A DNA stretch of 64,000 nucleotides from Lingula anatina. Taxonomy: Eukaryota; Animalia; Brachiopoda. Shown piece after piece: positions 51,701 through 63,306 of the stretch. Below the pieces are notes generated by a model. That model had not been told where the DNA came from, made no database searches, and saw only the letters and a program-made list of their open reading frames with translations. Location: NCBI GenBank assembly GCA_051362555.1, contig CM120647.1, forward strand, positions 8,618,001 through 8,682,000, written 5' to 3'. The stretch's first letter is position 1. Each line of letters opens with the position of its first letter. A program made the position numbers and the translations under genes.

Positions 51701-54700
51701 TCCAATGAAAATTACGAGGAAGGGTTTGAATAGATTTATGTGAAGCCTTCTATTTGTCTGAAGCATTTCCATATTTCACATTTTGTATTAATTGAGGAAG
51801 CCTATCTGGGCAGATTAGTTTTAAATGGTTGGCAGTTGCTTTTAAGGGATGCTGACTAGCTGCCTAGAAAAGTAAGGTTTAAATATGCATTTGTACTGAA
51901 ATTTTCAGATCTAATCACTCATGTTGGCTAATTCTATGACTGTACAGTAGTCAATTGTGTTGAGTAATGTAGTCCCCTCTATTTGGCTAAAAGTAATGAC
52001 ATCTAGTTATTCAAGTTGACTAAAGTAGTAGCATTTATAGACTGCTCAAGTTGGCTAAAGTAGGAACATCTAGTCACTCAGGTTGGCTAATGCTATGACT
52101 ATAGTCAGTGCAGGGGCGGATCCAGAGATATTTTCTGACAGTCTTCCATATTATATTTATTGATCCATCCTCCATTTTTTTACCGTCTTCCGACAGAAAA
52201 AAATAGATAACTGTCAATGTAAACTTGAAAATCTGACCGTCTTCTGGAAGACCCAGAAGACGGCCTAAATCCGCCCCTGCAGTGGTGACTAACGTAGGAA
52301 CATATTTAGTCCCCTCAAGTTGGCCAGGTTGGAACTTATACTCATTCGGGTTGGCTAAAATAGGAACATTTAGGGTCTATTCCCACAACTTTAGATCGAT
52401 CTATCACCGCGGGGAGTCTCACCAGACTACCGTCAGATAATCCCCCTTAAGTGTCCGTCCCCGCCCACTACAAGCTGTAAGGGGGTAATTAACTTTCGTG
52501 TCCGCCCGGCTGACAGCTATTCAGCGGGAACCCCCAGGGTGTTAGGTCGATCCAAAGTAGGTCGATCTAATCTATGGAAATGGGGTGTTAGCCTTCAGGC
52601 TAGCAAAATGATAGCTAATTTGTTAAAAAAAATTAACCACACGAGCTGGTTCAAGTAGTAAAATCTTGCAATTCAGATTGGGTAACCCCCTTCCCTCTCT
52701 CTCTTCCTTTCTCTCTCTCTCTCCCTCTCTGTTCACAGTGGTGATGACTATATTACACATATGAGTTGGATCAATGGAAAAGAGACAGCTCAACAGAAGA
52801 TAATGGGTATCTTTTTTTCCCCAGTGTGCGAGTATGCGGCATATAAAAGGTTTCAAGGTTTATCTTATATGGCTTCTTGCTTTGTGACCTTTAGGGAACT
52901 AGAGAAGTAGGGTAATGTGATAAGAAAGATGGCTAAAGACCCGTACATTTTGAAATCTCTCCTCATAACACACATGTTCCTGTCTACCTATTTATTATTG
53001 CTCAATAATTCTAGTGTATTTTAGGTAGTTTGTTTAAAAATTAAAAGTTATAATAATAGTTTCTTCAAACTGCAGCTAAATTTAGAGGTAGAAAACATCT
53101 TGGGAAAAATGAAAATATTGGAATCCAAGTAACTCTGAATTTAGCCTTTGTTTGAATAATCTATTATTCTAACTTTAAGTGCATTGCACAGCTGATGAAA
53201 ATCTCTCTTGGTTTTCTTCCAGAATTGCCTGACTAAGGCTGTTGAGACCTTTTCATTTTGTCTGTTTTCTAACAGCACTTAGCGCTATTTTGAGTTGATC
53301 TGGATTATTTGCAGCCTTTTCAGAAGCGTGTGGGTTCTGGCTTTGTGGTGGTTAGTGAAAAGCCTATCCTTAGTCTAATTTTGGGTATAACTGCGTTGGT
53401 GATGACCCTGTAGAAAAGAGTACAGTTATTCTGGGTCTATGTCTTTGTCAGAAACCCAAAATGTGAATTCTATGACCCAATCCTTGTTCTGATGAGCGCA
53501 TTCGTTCTCAATGTTGGAATACAGGTGTGAAGGCATGAATTATTAGCTCTTCCTTATCTCAGATGTCTGTGAGTGTAGGTTTTTCATCTCGGTAGCATGG
53601 TGTTAAATCTAGACGTCAAACAAAAGATTGGATTACATTGAACTGCACATAAGCACACTCAGTCTTAATGATCCGCAGACTAAATATGGCTGATCCCACT
53701 TAGAAGCGGTGCTGCTTAATCCCCTGATGGTCTCCCAGCCTCCACATGCGCCATTTCATGGATTAAATCTGGGTTCCAGGCTTTTACTGCAGGGCTCCTG
53801 CAGAGACGGCATATGTGGAGACAGGCAGTCCATCAGGGGATTAGTCTGCAGTGCTTTTAAGTGAGTCGGCCATATTAAGTCTGCGGATCTGTTTGTCTGA
53901 GGATCACCTTGTTCTGAATGCGCTCTTATATCCACAATAGCTTTATTTACTAGTTAGAAGTGATTTTAAATATATTATCAATAAATACATATTTTATATG
54001 GGATAAAACAAGGTAAATATCATTTGGACCAAAATGATGATACTCTTAGGCTCTATTCCCATAGATTTTAGATCGAGCTATCCCCGCGGGGAGTCTCACT
54101 AGATTACTTTCAGATAATCCGACTTAAATGTCCGTCCCGCCTACTACAAGCTGTAAGGGGGTAATTAACTTTCGTGTCCGCCCGGCTGACAGCTATTTAG
54201 CGTGAATCCCCCAGGGAGTTAGGTCGATCTAAGATAGATCGATCTAATCTCTGGAAATGGGGTGTTAGGGATAAATAGTGATATTTCCTTTGTGTTCATA
54301 CTTAAAAGACACCCTGTTTATCTGGTGTAGCTATTTCTACCAACATTAGAGATGCCCTGTACTTTCTTGTTACCTTCCATTGCTAGTCACACCACAGAAT
54401 GTGTCTGCTGATAATTGTAGTGTCAGCCAACTCTGCATTTCATTAACTCGTACAAAGCTTGACATTTAAAGGTAGCAGTGATGTTTAGATAGGTTAACAG
54501 ATAGACCCAATCGGGAAAAGGTTTTTTTTTTTTTTCTTCACTCTTTGATTAGTTCCATTAAAGAAGCATTGCCAGTTTGTTTACATTATGGTGTGTTATA
54601 GAGGACATTTTTGCACAGTTTGAGTTGGAATATCTTCCAGGTGCACTGAAATCTTCTCAAGATAGATGTTGATGAGGTTGAGGTTGGAAAGTAAATAGCG

Positions 54701-56684
54701 GAAGATGAAGGTGATAGGTTATACTTGGTGTAGACTGAATGTTTTACCAATTCTCTTCCTGAAGAAAAAAAAAATTAAAGTACTGTTGCAGGCCTCAAAA
54801 AGCATAGAGAGATAGATATGTTATGATATTAATGCAGATCAAAATGCTTATAATATGATATAAATGCAGATCAAAATGATTATAGAATAATTTATCATCT
54901 TTTTTTTTTTTTTTTATTGTTAATTTATTTTGAAATTGCTGATTGACTTACAATAATTTCACGCTTTAAGGCTGCACAAACGGTGCTAGAAAGTAAGGAG
55001 GAAGGCAAGATTTTCAGTTTTTAATGAATCGATGCTAAGTCAGCTCAGTCTGTCAGGTTCAGTTTTAAGATATTACTCCTGCGTAATAATGCATTTAACA
55101 GCTTCCCCAAAAATTTGAACAGGAAATTGAGAGGTGCACATGGTAAAGGTTGAGCATCTTTTAAATGTTACTGGATAATGTGGTCTCATAGATCTCAATG
55201 GATTGTAAAACACATTCATTAAATCATTTGAGCTGTGACTTGGATACACAGGAGGTATCATCATCTGGAATAGTGGTAAAAGATGCCCTCCTCCCTCAAA
55301 ATAATAATAATTATAATAATAATTAAGAAAGGAAAAAAAAATATGCTGTTTTTGGAATCAGAATAAAAACCATGATTCTTCTTACAAGAAGTACAGTTTG
55401 AAATATATACATAAAAGTAATCAAAATGCTTTGCCATTGATTAAAGTAGCCCTTTGAACACAATAATTGTATACTAAACAGTTCTGCATGATGTGAAAAG
55501 TGACTATGTTACCTGTGTGAATATGAAAAATGATAATCTCTTGGCTGGAGTTAGGACACTCGTATGGAAACACACAAGATATGTGTAAAAAAGACATTTT
55601 TTTCAGAGCTTTGATGAAACATAAGTTTTTATATGTGGATTTCATTTGTGTATTTAAAATAAATAAATCCTTTGTTGATATTAGATATTTGTTATTCTGT
55701 AATTTAACTATTTTCTTGTTTTGTTTTCCAGAAAGAGAACTGTTACTTGCCTTATACACTCAGCCAGGTGCGGCACATAGGTTACCAACTCTGTTACGCT
55801 GTCAAGTGTAAGTAGAACAAGCCAAGAGAATTCTTAAATTCTCTTCCAAAGAAAAGACATCAATTATTATGATTTGTAAATGTATGTGTGTGTGTTTAAT
55901 ATTTAGCAGCTCGGGATTTAGTTGAAATTGTAATCACTTCTTTCCTTCCGTATAACTGTTTATCCTGACAATGCTATCTAAATTTATATTAAAAAAAAAA
56001 AACTATTGAAGATAACTTGTTCACAAACCAAAAATATCATGTTTATTTATACGTTGTATTTGCAGTTATGCATGACAATAATATGACACATACAGACTTG
56101 AAGCCTGAAAATGTCCTGTTTGTCAACTCTGAATATGATATCAAATACAATGCCAAAAAGGTAAAGATTAAGCGTCTTTCTTTAATAATTCTCTTTATGT
56201 ACTAATAATTAAGAACAAAGTGGCATATAAATGAAAAAGTTTAAAAAGTTCTAATGATGTTGATGTGCATGTTTTAACTTAAAATGTGCTAATTTTGTCT
56301 TATAATTGTGCTACTGAGACTATTGATTGTGCTACTAGAGAATAACGCTTGTTAAACGTACTATTTCCCCACATCTTCTTGCAGAAGAGGGACGAGAGGA
56401 CAATCAAATGTAGCGATATCCGTCTGATAGATTTTGGCTCAACGACATTTGACCACGAGCACCACAGCACGATAGTCTCCACGCGACATTACAGAGCCCC
56501 TGAGGTCATACTAGGTAATATGAGGCATAAAATTATTGTGTTGAATTTAGGTTATTGATGATTGAGATATCAAAAAAGGTCATCCCACAGAATTTAATTT
56601 AACTGGCGAAGAATTATTACAGCAATTTATTTTTGAACTAGAAAATAAATAATATTATTTTTAATTGTACTTTACAATCCTCAA

Positions 56685-56737
<53 letters not shown>

Positions 56738-57343
56738 TATTTGTTCTGTTATTATCATTTAAATAAAGGGCAGAGGATCAATTTCCTTAAGTGATAACTT
56801 GATTTTTAACATTTAGAATATATTCCTTAATGTGTTTATAATTTTAAACTAACAAATTTTTTCTAATGAAGTATACAAGATAAAGATCTTCATGTAATAT
56901 ATCTGACTTAACAAAAGCCTTTCTGTGCATTATTACTTTCTGCTTTTTGTCTGTGCATTTGACAGCTTTGCTGCCTTGTCATGTCATATATTTGTATATA
57001 TAAATATAATCCACTTCCCCTTCCAGAACTTGGCTGGTCTCAACCTTGTGATGTGTGGAGTATAGGCTGCATTCTCTTTGAGCTGTACACAGGGTTTACA
57101 CTATTCCAGGTGAGATTGTGCTAGTGGTGCTTGTTGATTGTGTAAGTTGTGTCTTATGATTGTGTTAGTTGTGCCTTGTGGTTAATTTATTCTGTGTGAA
57201 GTGCATTTGGTACATTTATTTTTTTGGGCCAGTCTGTTTTAGTAATATTGGATAATGGATGTGTATTTTTACGAAATATTTCGAAATCTGCAGCTCTGTT
57301 TGATAAAAAAGATCAAACTTTCGGATCACAACAAAATCTTAAT

Positions 57344-57390
<47 letters not shown>

Positions 57391-60300
57391 CAATTCCAGA
57401 CACATGACAACAGAGAGCATTTAGCAATGATGGAGAGGATACTGGGTTCCTTGCCCTACAGAATGACCAAGAAGACAAAGTAAGTGTTGGCAGCTCTTGG
57501 GACAAAGGCACTAGGTTGAAAAAACAGGACTTTTTTTACACTCAAACAGAGACAGCTTTGTTTTGTTGGTTACAGTGATAGTTTTTTTTTCTAACTTCGG
57601 AATTTTTTAGCACTGTTATTACATTGTTTTGCCAGATGCCATCTTTCGGGGCGAACTGAACATTTAATTGACTAGCCAACTAACTAACAGACAGGCTGGC
57701 TAACTTTTAGACTGGCACCAATAGACAGAGGTGTTAACTGATGGACTGACAAACAGGCTAGCTAACTTTTGGACTGATTGCTTATGGGTTAAATGAACAA
57801 CTGACAAAAATACAGACAAATTATTGAAAAAAAAAAACTGGCAAAAATTGTTTTTCGTCTTATATTTCTGATGCTTCCTTTAACACATATTTCATATTTC
57901 AAATGATATTTTGTTGCTACATTTACCTCTGCTTTTGTTTTGCTTTGAACTTTGTGAGCTTTTGGACAGCCAGTGTTCATTGACTGTTTGTAATGGTTAC
58001 GTTTGAATGTGACCTCTGATATTTTTTGTCCGACTAATACTGCATTTGTTCTCCAGTCACATTGTTTAAAGATGTTCTATTAATTCTTCAGCCGTTAACA
58101 ATGTTTGGGATCATAACAAGCTTAACGAGAAAAGGAACTTTGTGTGGCAAATGTTTGTTTTGCTGTGTTGGGCTTATTGGTTTAAATTAGGAGATTTTAA
58201 AGAAATATTCTCTCAGACACCTATTTCAGATTCATTTGCCATGTCTTAATAGTAGATTTTTAAAATTCTGTATGAGATTCTGTGCATAAACATTTTCTTG
58301 ACTCTTTATCTGGATTTACAATGCTATGACTTAAGAGCAAATTGATGAAAAAGGAATTATTTCTCTACATATTTTTCCTATCTATGAGGCATGCCATGTT
58401 ATCAAGATCTGTTAAAATTTGTACCTGGTGTGAAAAACAGATTTAGACTTTGAAACAGTTATATTTTTATTGTCATCGCTCAAAAAAAAATGATGAAAAA
58501 TGACCAAATTCCACCATCCACTTTAAGTTAATTCTGGAGAAGTGTCATTTTAGTTATAACATTGTAAATCCTGTAATAAAAGTAAATTTCATATAATCTT
58601 TTATATAATAATAAATTGGTTAAGTTTTGAATTTGAAAGGACCTGCATGCTTGTTGGACAGGGATTTCCCGTGAGTGGGACTGGGGGGGGGGGACTTTCT
58701 GTGGGAAATAATAGAAGATTTTTTTTCTCTTGGGGGTAGGGAGGGGGTATGATAAAACCTGTGCACAGGGAGTAATATAAATGGGCATTGCCAAATAACT
58801 TGCATTAGAGCACACTTATATAATAAGCTGCATCAATGAAGATTTGGTTGTGCTTTTTACTATGTCAGTTATGCTTTAATGACTTACAGCAGATTGAAAA
58901 AAAAAAAAAGATTGTCAATTAGTTGATGTTTAAACGGGCTTCTCTTGTGCTTTTTGCAGCTCTGAACTTTTTTTTTTTTTTTTTTTTTTAGCGGCTAATC
59001 TGTTACATTGAATGACCTTTGGTGGTTTTGTTAACTTGATAGAAGCATTCGATATTTAACAGCATAAATACATATATATATATGTGGAAGGTTGAAAAGG
59101 AAAATACTTAATTTTTCCGTTGTTTGTCATTTTGCACCCATAGTATGTTTCATTTGAAAAGGTTTAAGTTTCATTTATTTAATACTTCGATTACTAGCTT
59201 TTTTCCAATTCAGTGCAAGTTTTAGCCAAATTGAAAAGGCAAAGGCATGTTATAGATAGAAAGCTCTTAACATTAGGTACCTTGATACATAACCACCCAA
59301 GTAGTTTTGTACTTTAAGCTGTTGCTAAGGCTATAGTGCTGCCACCCTGAGGCTGTTGCTGAGGCTATAGTGCTGCCACCTTTAGTTGGGATCCAACAGT
59401 TTTAAGCATCTTGATTCAAGATTATTCCAGGGATTTTGGAATGAAAGTCTTTCAAGGTGTCTTCTGTACATTTATTCTATTTGTAGTACAAATATGTTCT
59501 GTTCATGTCGCAGATAAATCTGTAAAACTTAGCAGACTATAATCTGAGTGGACTATTTCTTCAATCAGTTTGTATGCTCTATGTTCAATTCAGACTGGAC
59601 TATTTCTGGCACGGACGGTTAGAATGGGATCATAATTCTCCCGGGGGCCGTTACGTTCGACAAACATGCAGGGCCTTATATGTAAGTAAGCTGCCTCCCT
59701 CACACCCATCGTGTGTGTGTGCGTGCATGCATGCACATTCAGAGGCACGTGCAGTGTGAGGTATGCATGCTCCAGTTGGATGGGAAAGATATATATCCCA
59801 GAACCCTTAGCTAGGTCAAGCTGGGACCTGTAAGGGTCAGAGTTCTGTTTTTACATTGACAGGCCTTCTATATCAATCTTTGCTCATGCTAACATATTGT
59901 AACTTTGGTATTGAATTAATAAAATTATTGAAATTTTTATGAAGAAAAGAAGAGAGGAAATTTTGTTTAAGGTGCTTGATTTTGACATAGAAAATTATTT
60001 TTGAAAAAAAAAATCCTTTTTTGACTTGAGATCTTTGTTACTCCCAAGTTAACAAATATACAAGACCACTTTTGCATTGCTTAAGTTTTATTTTACTCTC
60101 TTCAAAAGTCAATCGTATATCTGAAAAAAAATAAAAAGTGTGGGAGGGAGGTGGGATTAACGGAAACAAAAAAAAAAAAAACAACATGGTATAAAGTGAG
60201 CAATGTAATCACCAGTTAGCCTGATCAGTGGTCCAACAGAACTGCTGCCTACACAGCTCCAGGTATTAATCTTGCATGACTGCTTGCTCACCCCACATTT

Positions 60301-62896
60301 GTTCTGTCTCTTTGAAGAAAACAGAAGTATTTCTATCATGGCCAGTTAGACTGGAATGAGAAAAGTGAGCCAGGAAGATATGTGAAAAACAACTGCAAAC
60401 CTCTCGGGGTAAGTGTATGTGTGTGGAATTTTTTTTGCCCTGATTTTATTTCTGTTATAACTTCTCACAGTGAATATATAATATAGCACTTAAGGCAATT
60501 ACCTTTAACTTGAGTTAATTTTTCATTCCAAATACACCAGAGGTTTCTTGATTATGCACTGAATATTATGTTGCTTTCAGCACTCTTCTATGGTGGCTTA
60601 CATCGTAGAATTCACACCAAACTGTTACATTATTTTGTCACACCAAACACAATGTCACATTTATTTCTGTCCCTCATGCAGTCCAGTGTCACACTACAGT
60701 ACAACAGATTGTCACATCTAACACACTCATCACTTTCACACTAAGCTTTGTCACAACAAACACAATATGTTATGTCACAGCCAACACATCCAACACTGTC
60801 ACAACTTTATAGTAAGCTTTGTCACACCTAACACAATATGTTATGTCACAGCCAACACATCCAACACTGTCACACCTTTATAGTAAGCTTTGTCACACCT
60901 AACACAATATGTGATGCCACAACCCCTCTGTCTCAAGTTTGGTTTTTATGACACTGGCAAACTGAATTCATTCACTGTCACAGCTAACACATTCACCACT
61001 GCTACACTTTCTATTCCAAACACCCACCACTGTCACACACTGTACACTAAGCTTTGTCACACCTAACACATTCTCATCTATCACATAACCCACCCACCAC
61101 TGTCACACACTGTACACTAAGCTTTGTCACACCTAACACATTCTCATCTATCACATAACCCACCCACCACTGTCACACACTGTACACTAAGCTTTGTCAC
61201 ACCTAACACATTCTCATCTATCACATAACCCACCCACCACTGTCACACACTGTACACTAAGCTTTGTCACACCTAACACATTCTCATCTATCACATAACC
61301 CACCCACCACTGTCACACACTGTACACTAAGCTTTGTCACACCTAACACATTCTCATCTATCACATAACCCACCCACCACTGTCACACACTGTACACTAA
61401 GCTTTGTCACACCTAACACATTCTCATCTATCACATAACCCACCCACCACTGTCACACACTACACTAAGCTTTGTCACACCTAACACATTCTCATCAACA
61501 ACAAGCCATCATACCTAATGCACTGATGTCAAAATATAACCTGTATCTCACATGACACAATTTTTCTTTTCACCTTGAGCAGAATACTTGAACAATACAG
61601 TCTGAAATGGTACACTGAGAGGCTCTAACAAGTAACAAGTTGGATTCTTGCTGTTTAGTTAATGAAAAGGTCATGTGCAGCACAAAGATAGCATTAAGGT
61701 GACTCTCTTATGTAAAAGTCAGGCAATTAAGTTGTCAGTCTCTCAAAGAACCATTACAGACTGTATTGCGTTAGTATGTGCAAACAGCAAAAACCACAAC
61801 ATCCACTTCAGTACAACTGACATGTACAACTAATGCATGCAGCCTTTATTTTTATGATAACTTAAGTCACCAGATAACCATACAATATTATGTGCTGTGA
61901 ATAATAATCTGATGTGTTGGGTTTTGAGTGAGTTTTGGTCAAAGGTATAGGTTGTTTTGAGGTCCTTGAAGTTGTAAAATGTATATTTGTCCACATGGAC
62001 ATGTGTAAAAGGTGAGGTTAAAAACAGAAGTAGAACTATGAAAAAACTCTGTAGTGAATAAAGCACAAATCAAGAAGCTTTTAAGCAGAGTAGAGGAGAT
62101 AATCCTCTCTTCCGTGTTCTGTAAAGCTTAGTCATGAGTGCTTTATCTGATTTAAGCCATGATTTGAACAGAAACAATAGGCCGCATCCTGCTTAATTCC
62201 TGGATTTGTGCATGTCATGACTGCTCAAAATAGATTGCGATGCAGCCTGTTGTTTCTACTCAAATTGTGTTAGAAACACATTTGTATAACATAAATAACA
62301 TAGATAGGTCCTAAAGATTAAGACTGTGCATTACTAATGCAAGTCATACTACTGTGTGTCGTATTATTATCAAAATTAATAACTATACTGGGTTAAATAA
62401 ATATTTTTGTCCTTCCTTGATTTATCCAAATGTATGGATGTAAACCTATCAGCTGCTTACTTTTCAAATTAGAAAGATAAGAGTCAGTGAAACTTTGCAA
62501 TAAAATTAGTAATTGCATTACATTTTAGTAAGATATAATGTGAATTTTTTTTAAGGATGTTTTTGAAATATGTTTGGTTTTGATTAAAAAATATCAAAAT
62601 TGGAGGATAGTAGATTTTACTCTTTTTGAAGCATTTCTCTGCCCCACGCCTAGAAAATGAACTACAGTAACGCCATCTGTTGGTTCTATTTCCAGCGCTA
62701 CATGGTCTGCGACTCTGACGGGGACATGAACCTCTTCAATTTAATTGAACGCATGCTGGAATACGACCCATCGTCCAGAATCACACTCAAGGAGGCGCTG
62801 GAGCACCCGTTCTTTTCGACGCTTCCTGATTCTCAGAAGCTTCCAATGGAGTCAAAAAACGAGGATCGTGAGCGCTCACATAGTCTGAGTAGATAG
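19915..62896 (+). CDS. CLK2: Dual-specificity LAMMER kinase CLK/Doa (CLK2-like), ~497-498 aa; join(19915-20021,20305-20569,42657-42750,43749-43815,46512-46628,47157-47247,55732-55807,56066-56160,56385-56514,57027-57109,57400-57479,[59594-59681 or 60318-60408],62696-62896)
   Basis: RS-rich N-terminus, [68 protein letters not shown]; all phases consistent. Confidence 0.96.
20305..20569 (+). CDS. CLK2: CLK exon 3 (RS/RD-rich domain)
   Basis: [18 protein letters not shown]...[10 protein letters not shown]; donor CGG|GTGAGT, phase 0. Confidence 0.9.
24202..24350. repeat. Duplicated (CT)n-GCCAAATCAGGT microsatellite
   Basis: Direct reading. Confidence 0.9.
27830..30740 (+). mobile_element. Second Helentron/DINE-1-type non-autonomous element with internal duplications
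   Basis: Starts TTTTTATGTACAGACAC-AGAT-GTGTCTGTAC (hairpin) plus (GTCGCC)n; ends TGTCTGTACA...CAGC-TTT-GCTG CCTTGTT; 123-bp head duplication and ~1.1-kb internal duplication (27965-28990 vs 28995-30170); a 3' fragment also at ~56941-56980. Confidence 0.7.
32700..33078. repeat. Compound (CT)n(CA)n microsatellite array
   Basis: Direct reading; source of spurious RE/SL/HT ORFs. Confidence 0.95.
34230..34500 (+). promoter_or_regulatory. Internal CLK promoter candidate
   Basis: TATAAA-like motifs at ~34231 and ~34260, CCAAT at ~34428, ATTGG at ~34476 and ~34491, CRE-like GACGTCA at ~34453, upstream of the 34780 exon. Confidence 0.4.
34780..35223 (+). CDS. CLK2: CLK alternative first coding exon (148-aa Ser/Gly-rich, non-RS N-terminus)
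   Basis: GC-richer open frame from ATG (ACAATGC) to donor AAG|GTAAGC in phase 0, matching exon 4; promoter motifs upstream. Confidence 0.7.
39041..39294. mobile_element. MITE with ~55-bp TIRs
   Basis: CCCCTGCGAAAATTTGTCTC...GTTCTCAATC / GATTGAGAAC...GAGACAAATTTTCGCAGGGG. Confidence 0.7.
39625..39845. repeat. (GT)n/(GA)n microsatellite
   Basis: Direct reading. Confidence 0.95.
42657..42750 (+). CDS. CLK2: CLK exon 4 (94 nt; homolog of the regulated vertebrate exon 4)
   Basis: [31 protein letters not shown]; weak donor GAT|GTACTC, pyrimidine-poor acceptor. Confidence 0.9.
43749..43815 (+). CDS. CLK2: CLK exon 5 (Gly-rich loop)
   Basis: [22 protein letters not shown]; TTGCAG| ... |GTAAGT. 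Confidence 0.95.
43890..44205. mobile_element. Family C fragment followed by a truncated family A MITE
   Basis: 43890-43993 is the reverse complement of 22725-22840 and 11293-11330; 43994 onward matches 9794 onward. Confidence 0.6.
46512..46628 (+). CDS. CLK2: CLK exon 6
   Basis: [38 protein letters not shown]. Confidence 0.95.
46650..46900. repeat. ~19-bp GT-rich minisatellite
   Basis: Units of TGTGACATTGTGTT(G/A)G(A/T). Confidence 0.9.
47157..47247 (+). CDS. CLK2: CLK exon 7 (hinge)
   Basis: [30 protein letters not shown]. Confidence 0.95.
47261..47476. mobile_element. MITE family A, 13 nt downstream of the CLK exon 7 donor
   Basis: GACCATTCCCAC...GTGGGAACCCAGTC; matches 1-141. Confidence 0.75.
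47917..50526. mobile_element. Non-autonomous Tc1/mariner-like DNA transposon (2.6 kb)
   Basis: 25-bp perfect TIR CGGTAAAGTCTTGAAAATTTCGTCG / CGACGAAATTTTCAAGACTTTACCG, extending imperfectly to ~35 bp, flanked by TA; internal ~300-bp tandem units (48400-49960); no transposase ORF. Confidence 0.8.
52111..52279. mobile_element. Small MITE with CAGGGGCGGAT termini
   Basis: CAGGGGCGGAT...ATCCGCCCCTG, flanked by CAGTG on both sides; inserted in a diverged ~36-bp tandem repeat (51910-52370). Confidence 0.65.
52373..52586. mobile_element. MITE family A
   Basis: TTA-GGGTCTATTCCC...GGAAATGGGGTG-TTA (3-bp TTA TSD). Confidence 0.75.
53493..53925. mobile_element. Fold-back MITE related to 803-978
   Basis: Long imperfect palindrome 53670-53889 (GATCCGCAGACT...AGTCTGCGGATC); ends GAGCGCATTC / GAATGCGCTC. 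Confidence 0.6.
54049..54264. mobile_element. MITE family A
   Basis: TTA-GGCTCTATTCCC...GGAAATGGGGTG-TTA. Confidence 0.75.
55732..55807 (+). CDS. CLK2: CLK exon 8
   Basis: [25 protein letters not shown]. Confidence 0.95.
56066..56160 (+). CDS. CLK2: CLK exon 9 (catalytic loop)
   Basis: [31 protein letters not shown]. Confidence 0.95.
56385..56514 (+). CDS. CLK2: CLK exon 10 (DFG and activation loop)
   Basis: [43 protein letters not shown]. Confidence 0.95.
57027..57109 (+). CDS. CLK2: CLK exon 11
   Basis: [28 protein letters not shown]. Confidence 0.95.
57400..57479 (+). CDS. CLK2: CLK exon 12 (LAMMER motif)
   Basis: [26 protein letters not shown]. Confidence 0.95.
59594..59681 (+). CDS. 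CLK2: CLK exon 13a (mutually exclusive candidate, 88 nt)
   Basis: [29 protein letters not shown]; TTCAG| ... |GTAAGT, phase 2-0. Confidence 0.85.
60318..60408 (+). CDS. CLK2: CLK exon 13b (mutually exclusive candidate, 91 nt)
   Basis: [30 protein letters not shown], closest to the vertebrate CLK2 segment; TTTGAAG| ... |GTAAGT, phase 2-0. Confidence 0.85.
61021..61497. repeat. 70-bp minisatellite, ~7 near-perfect copies (diverged units from ~60640)
   Basis: CACCCACCACTGTCACACAC... recurs every 70 nt from 61021 to 61441. Confidence 0.95.
62696..62896 (+). CDS. CLK2: CLK exon 14 (terminal coding exon)
   Basis: [40 protein letters not shown]...RERSHSLSR-stop. Confidence 0.95.
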   Translation, partial: RYMVCDSDGDMNLFNLIERMLEYDPSSRITLKEALEHPFFSTLPDSQKLPMESKNEDRERSHSLSR

Positions 62897-63290
62897 CCGA
62901 CCTTTGACCTCAGAAATTGTGTTAGGTGTGATATTGAGACAATTTGAGGGTCGCAGCAGATCATTGTCTTAGGAGAGAGAGATACAAAAATTGATACTTC
63001 AGATAAAATCTTTTTTTTTTTTTTTTTTTATGCTCAAAGTGGAACTTTTTTTTTCAATCTATAAACATCACAGCCCCTGCCAGTGCCAGTAAAGAATTCT
63101 ACCACCCTCATTGTATACTCGAGTTCACATAAGAAACTTCACACTCATACTGTTGATCCACATATTTTCTGCCTCCTGGCTTTCAATTTCTGACACATGA
63201 TTAATTTCACCCTCTGTCTTTTGGCATGTCTTCCTTGACTGTGTATTAATTATGACTATATCCATATTCCATTTTGTATTAAGTAACCAA

Positions 63291-63306
63291 AATAAAACAA
63301 AATAAA
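63291..63306 (+). terminator. Tandem AATAAA polyadenylation signals for CLK
   Basis: AATAAA at 63291 and 63301, ~400 nt after the stop; U/GU-rich sequence downstream. Confidence 0.45.

Noticed and set aside
56382-56387. NAGNAG tandem acceptor (CAGAAG) at CLK exon 10
   Set aside because: CAG is strongly preferred over a distal AAG, and the effect would be a single Lys; no supporting evidence
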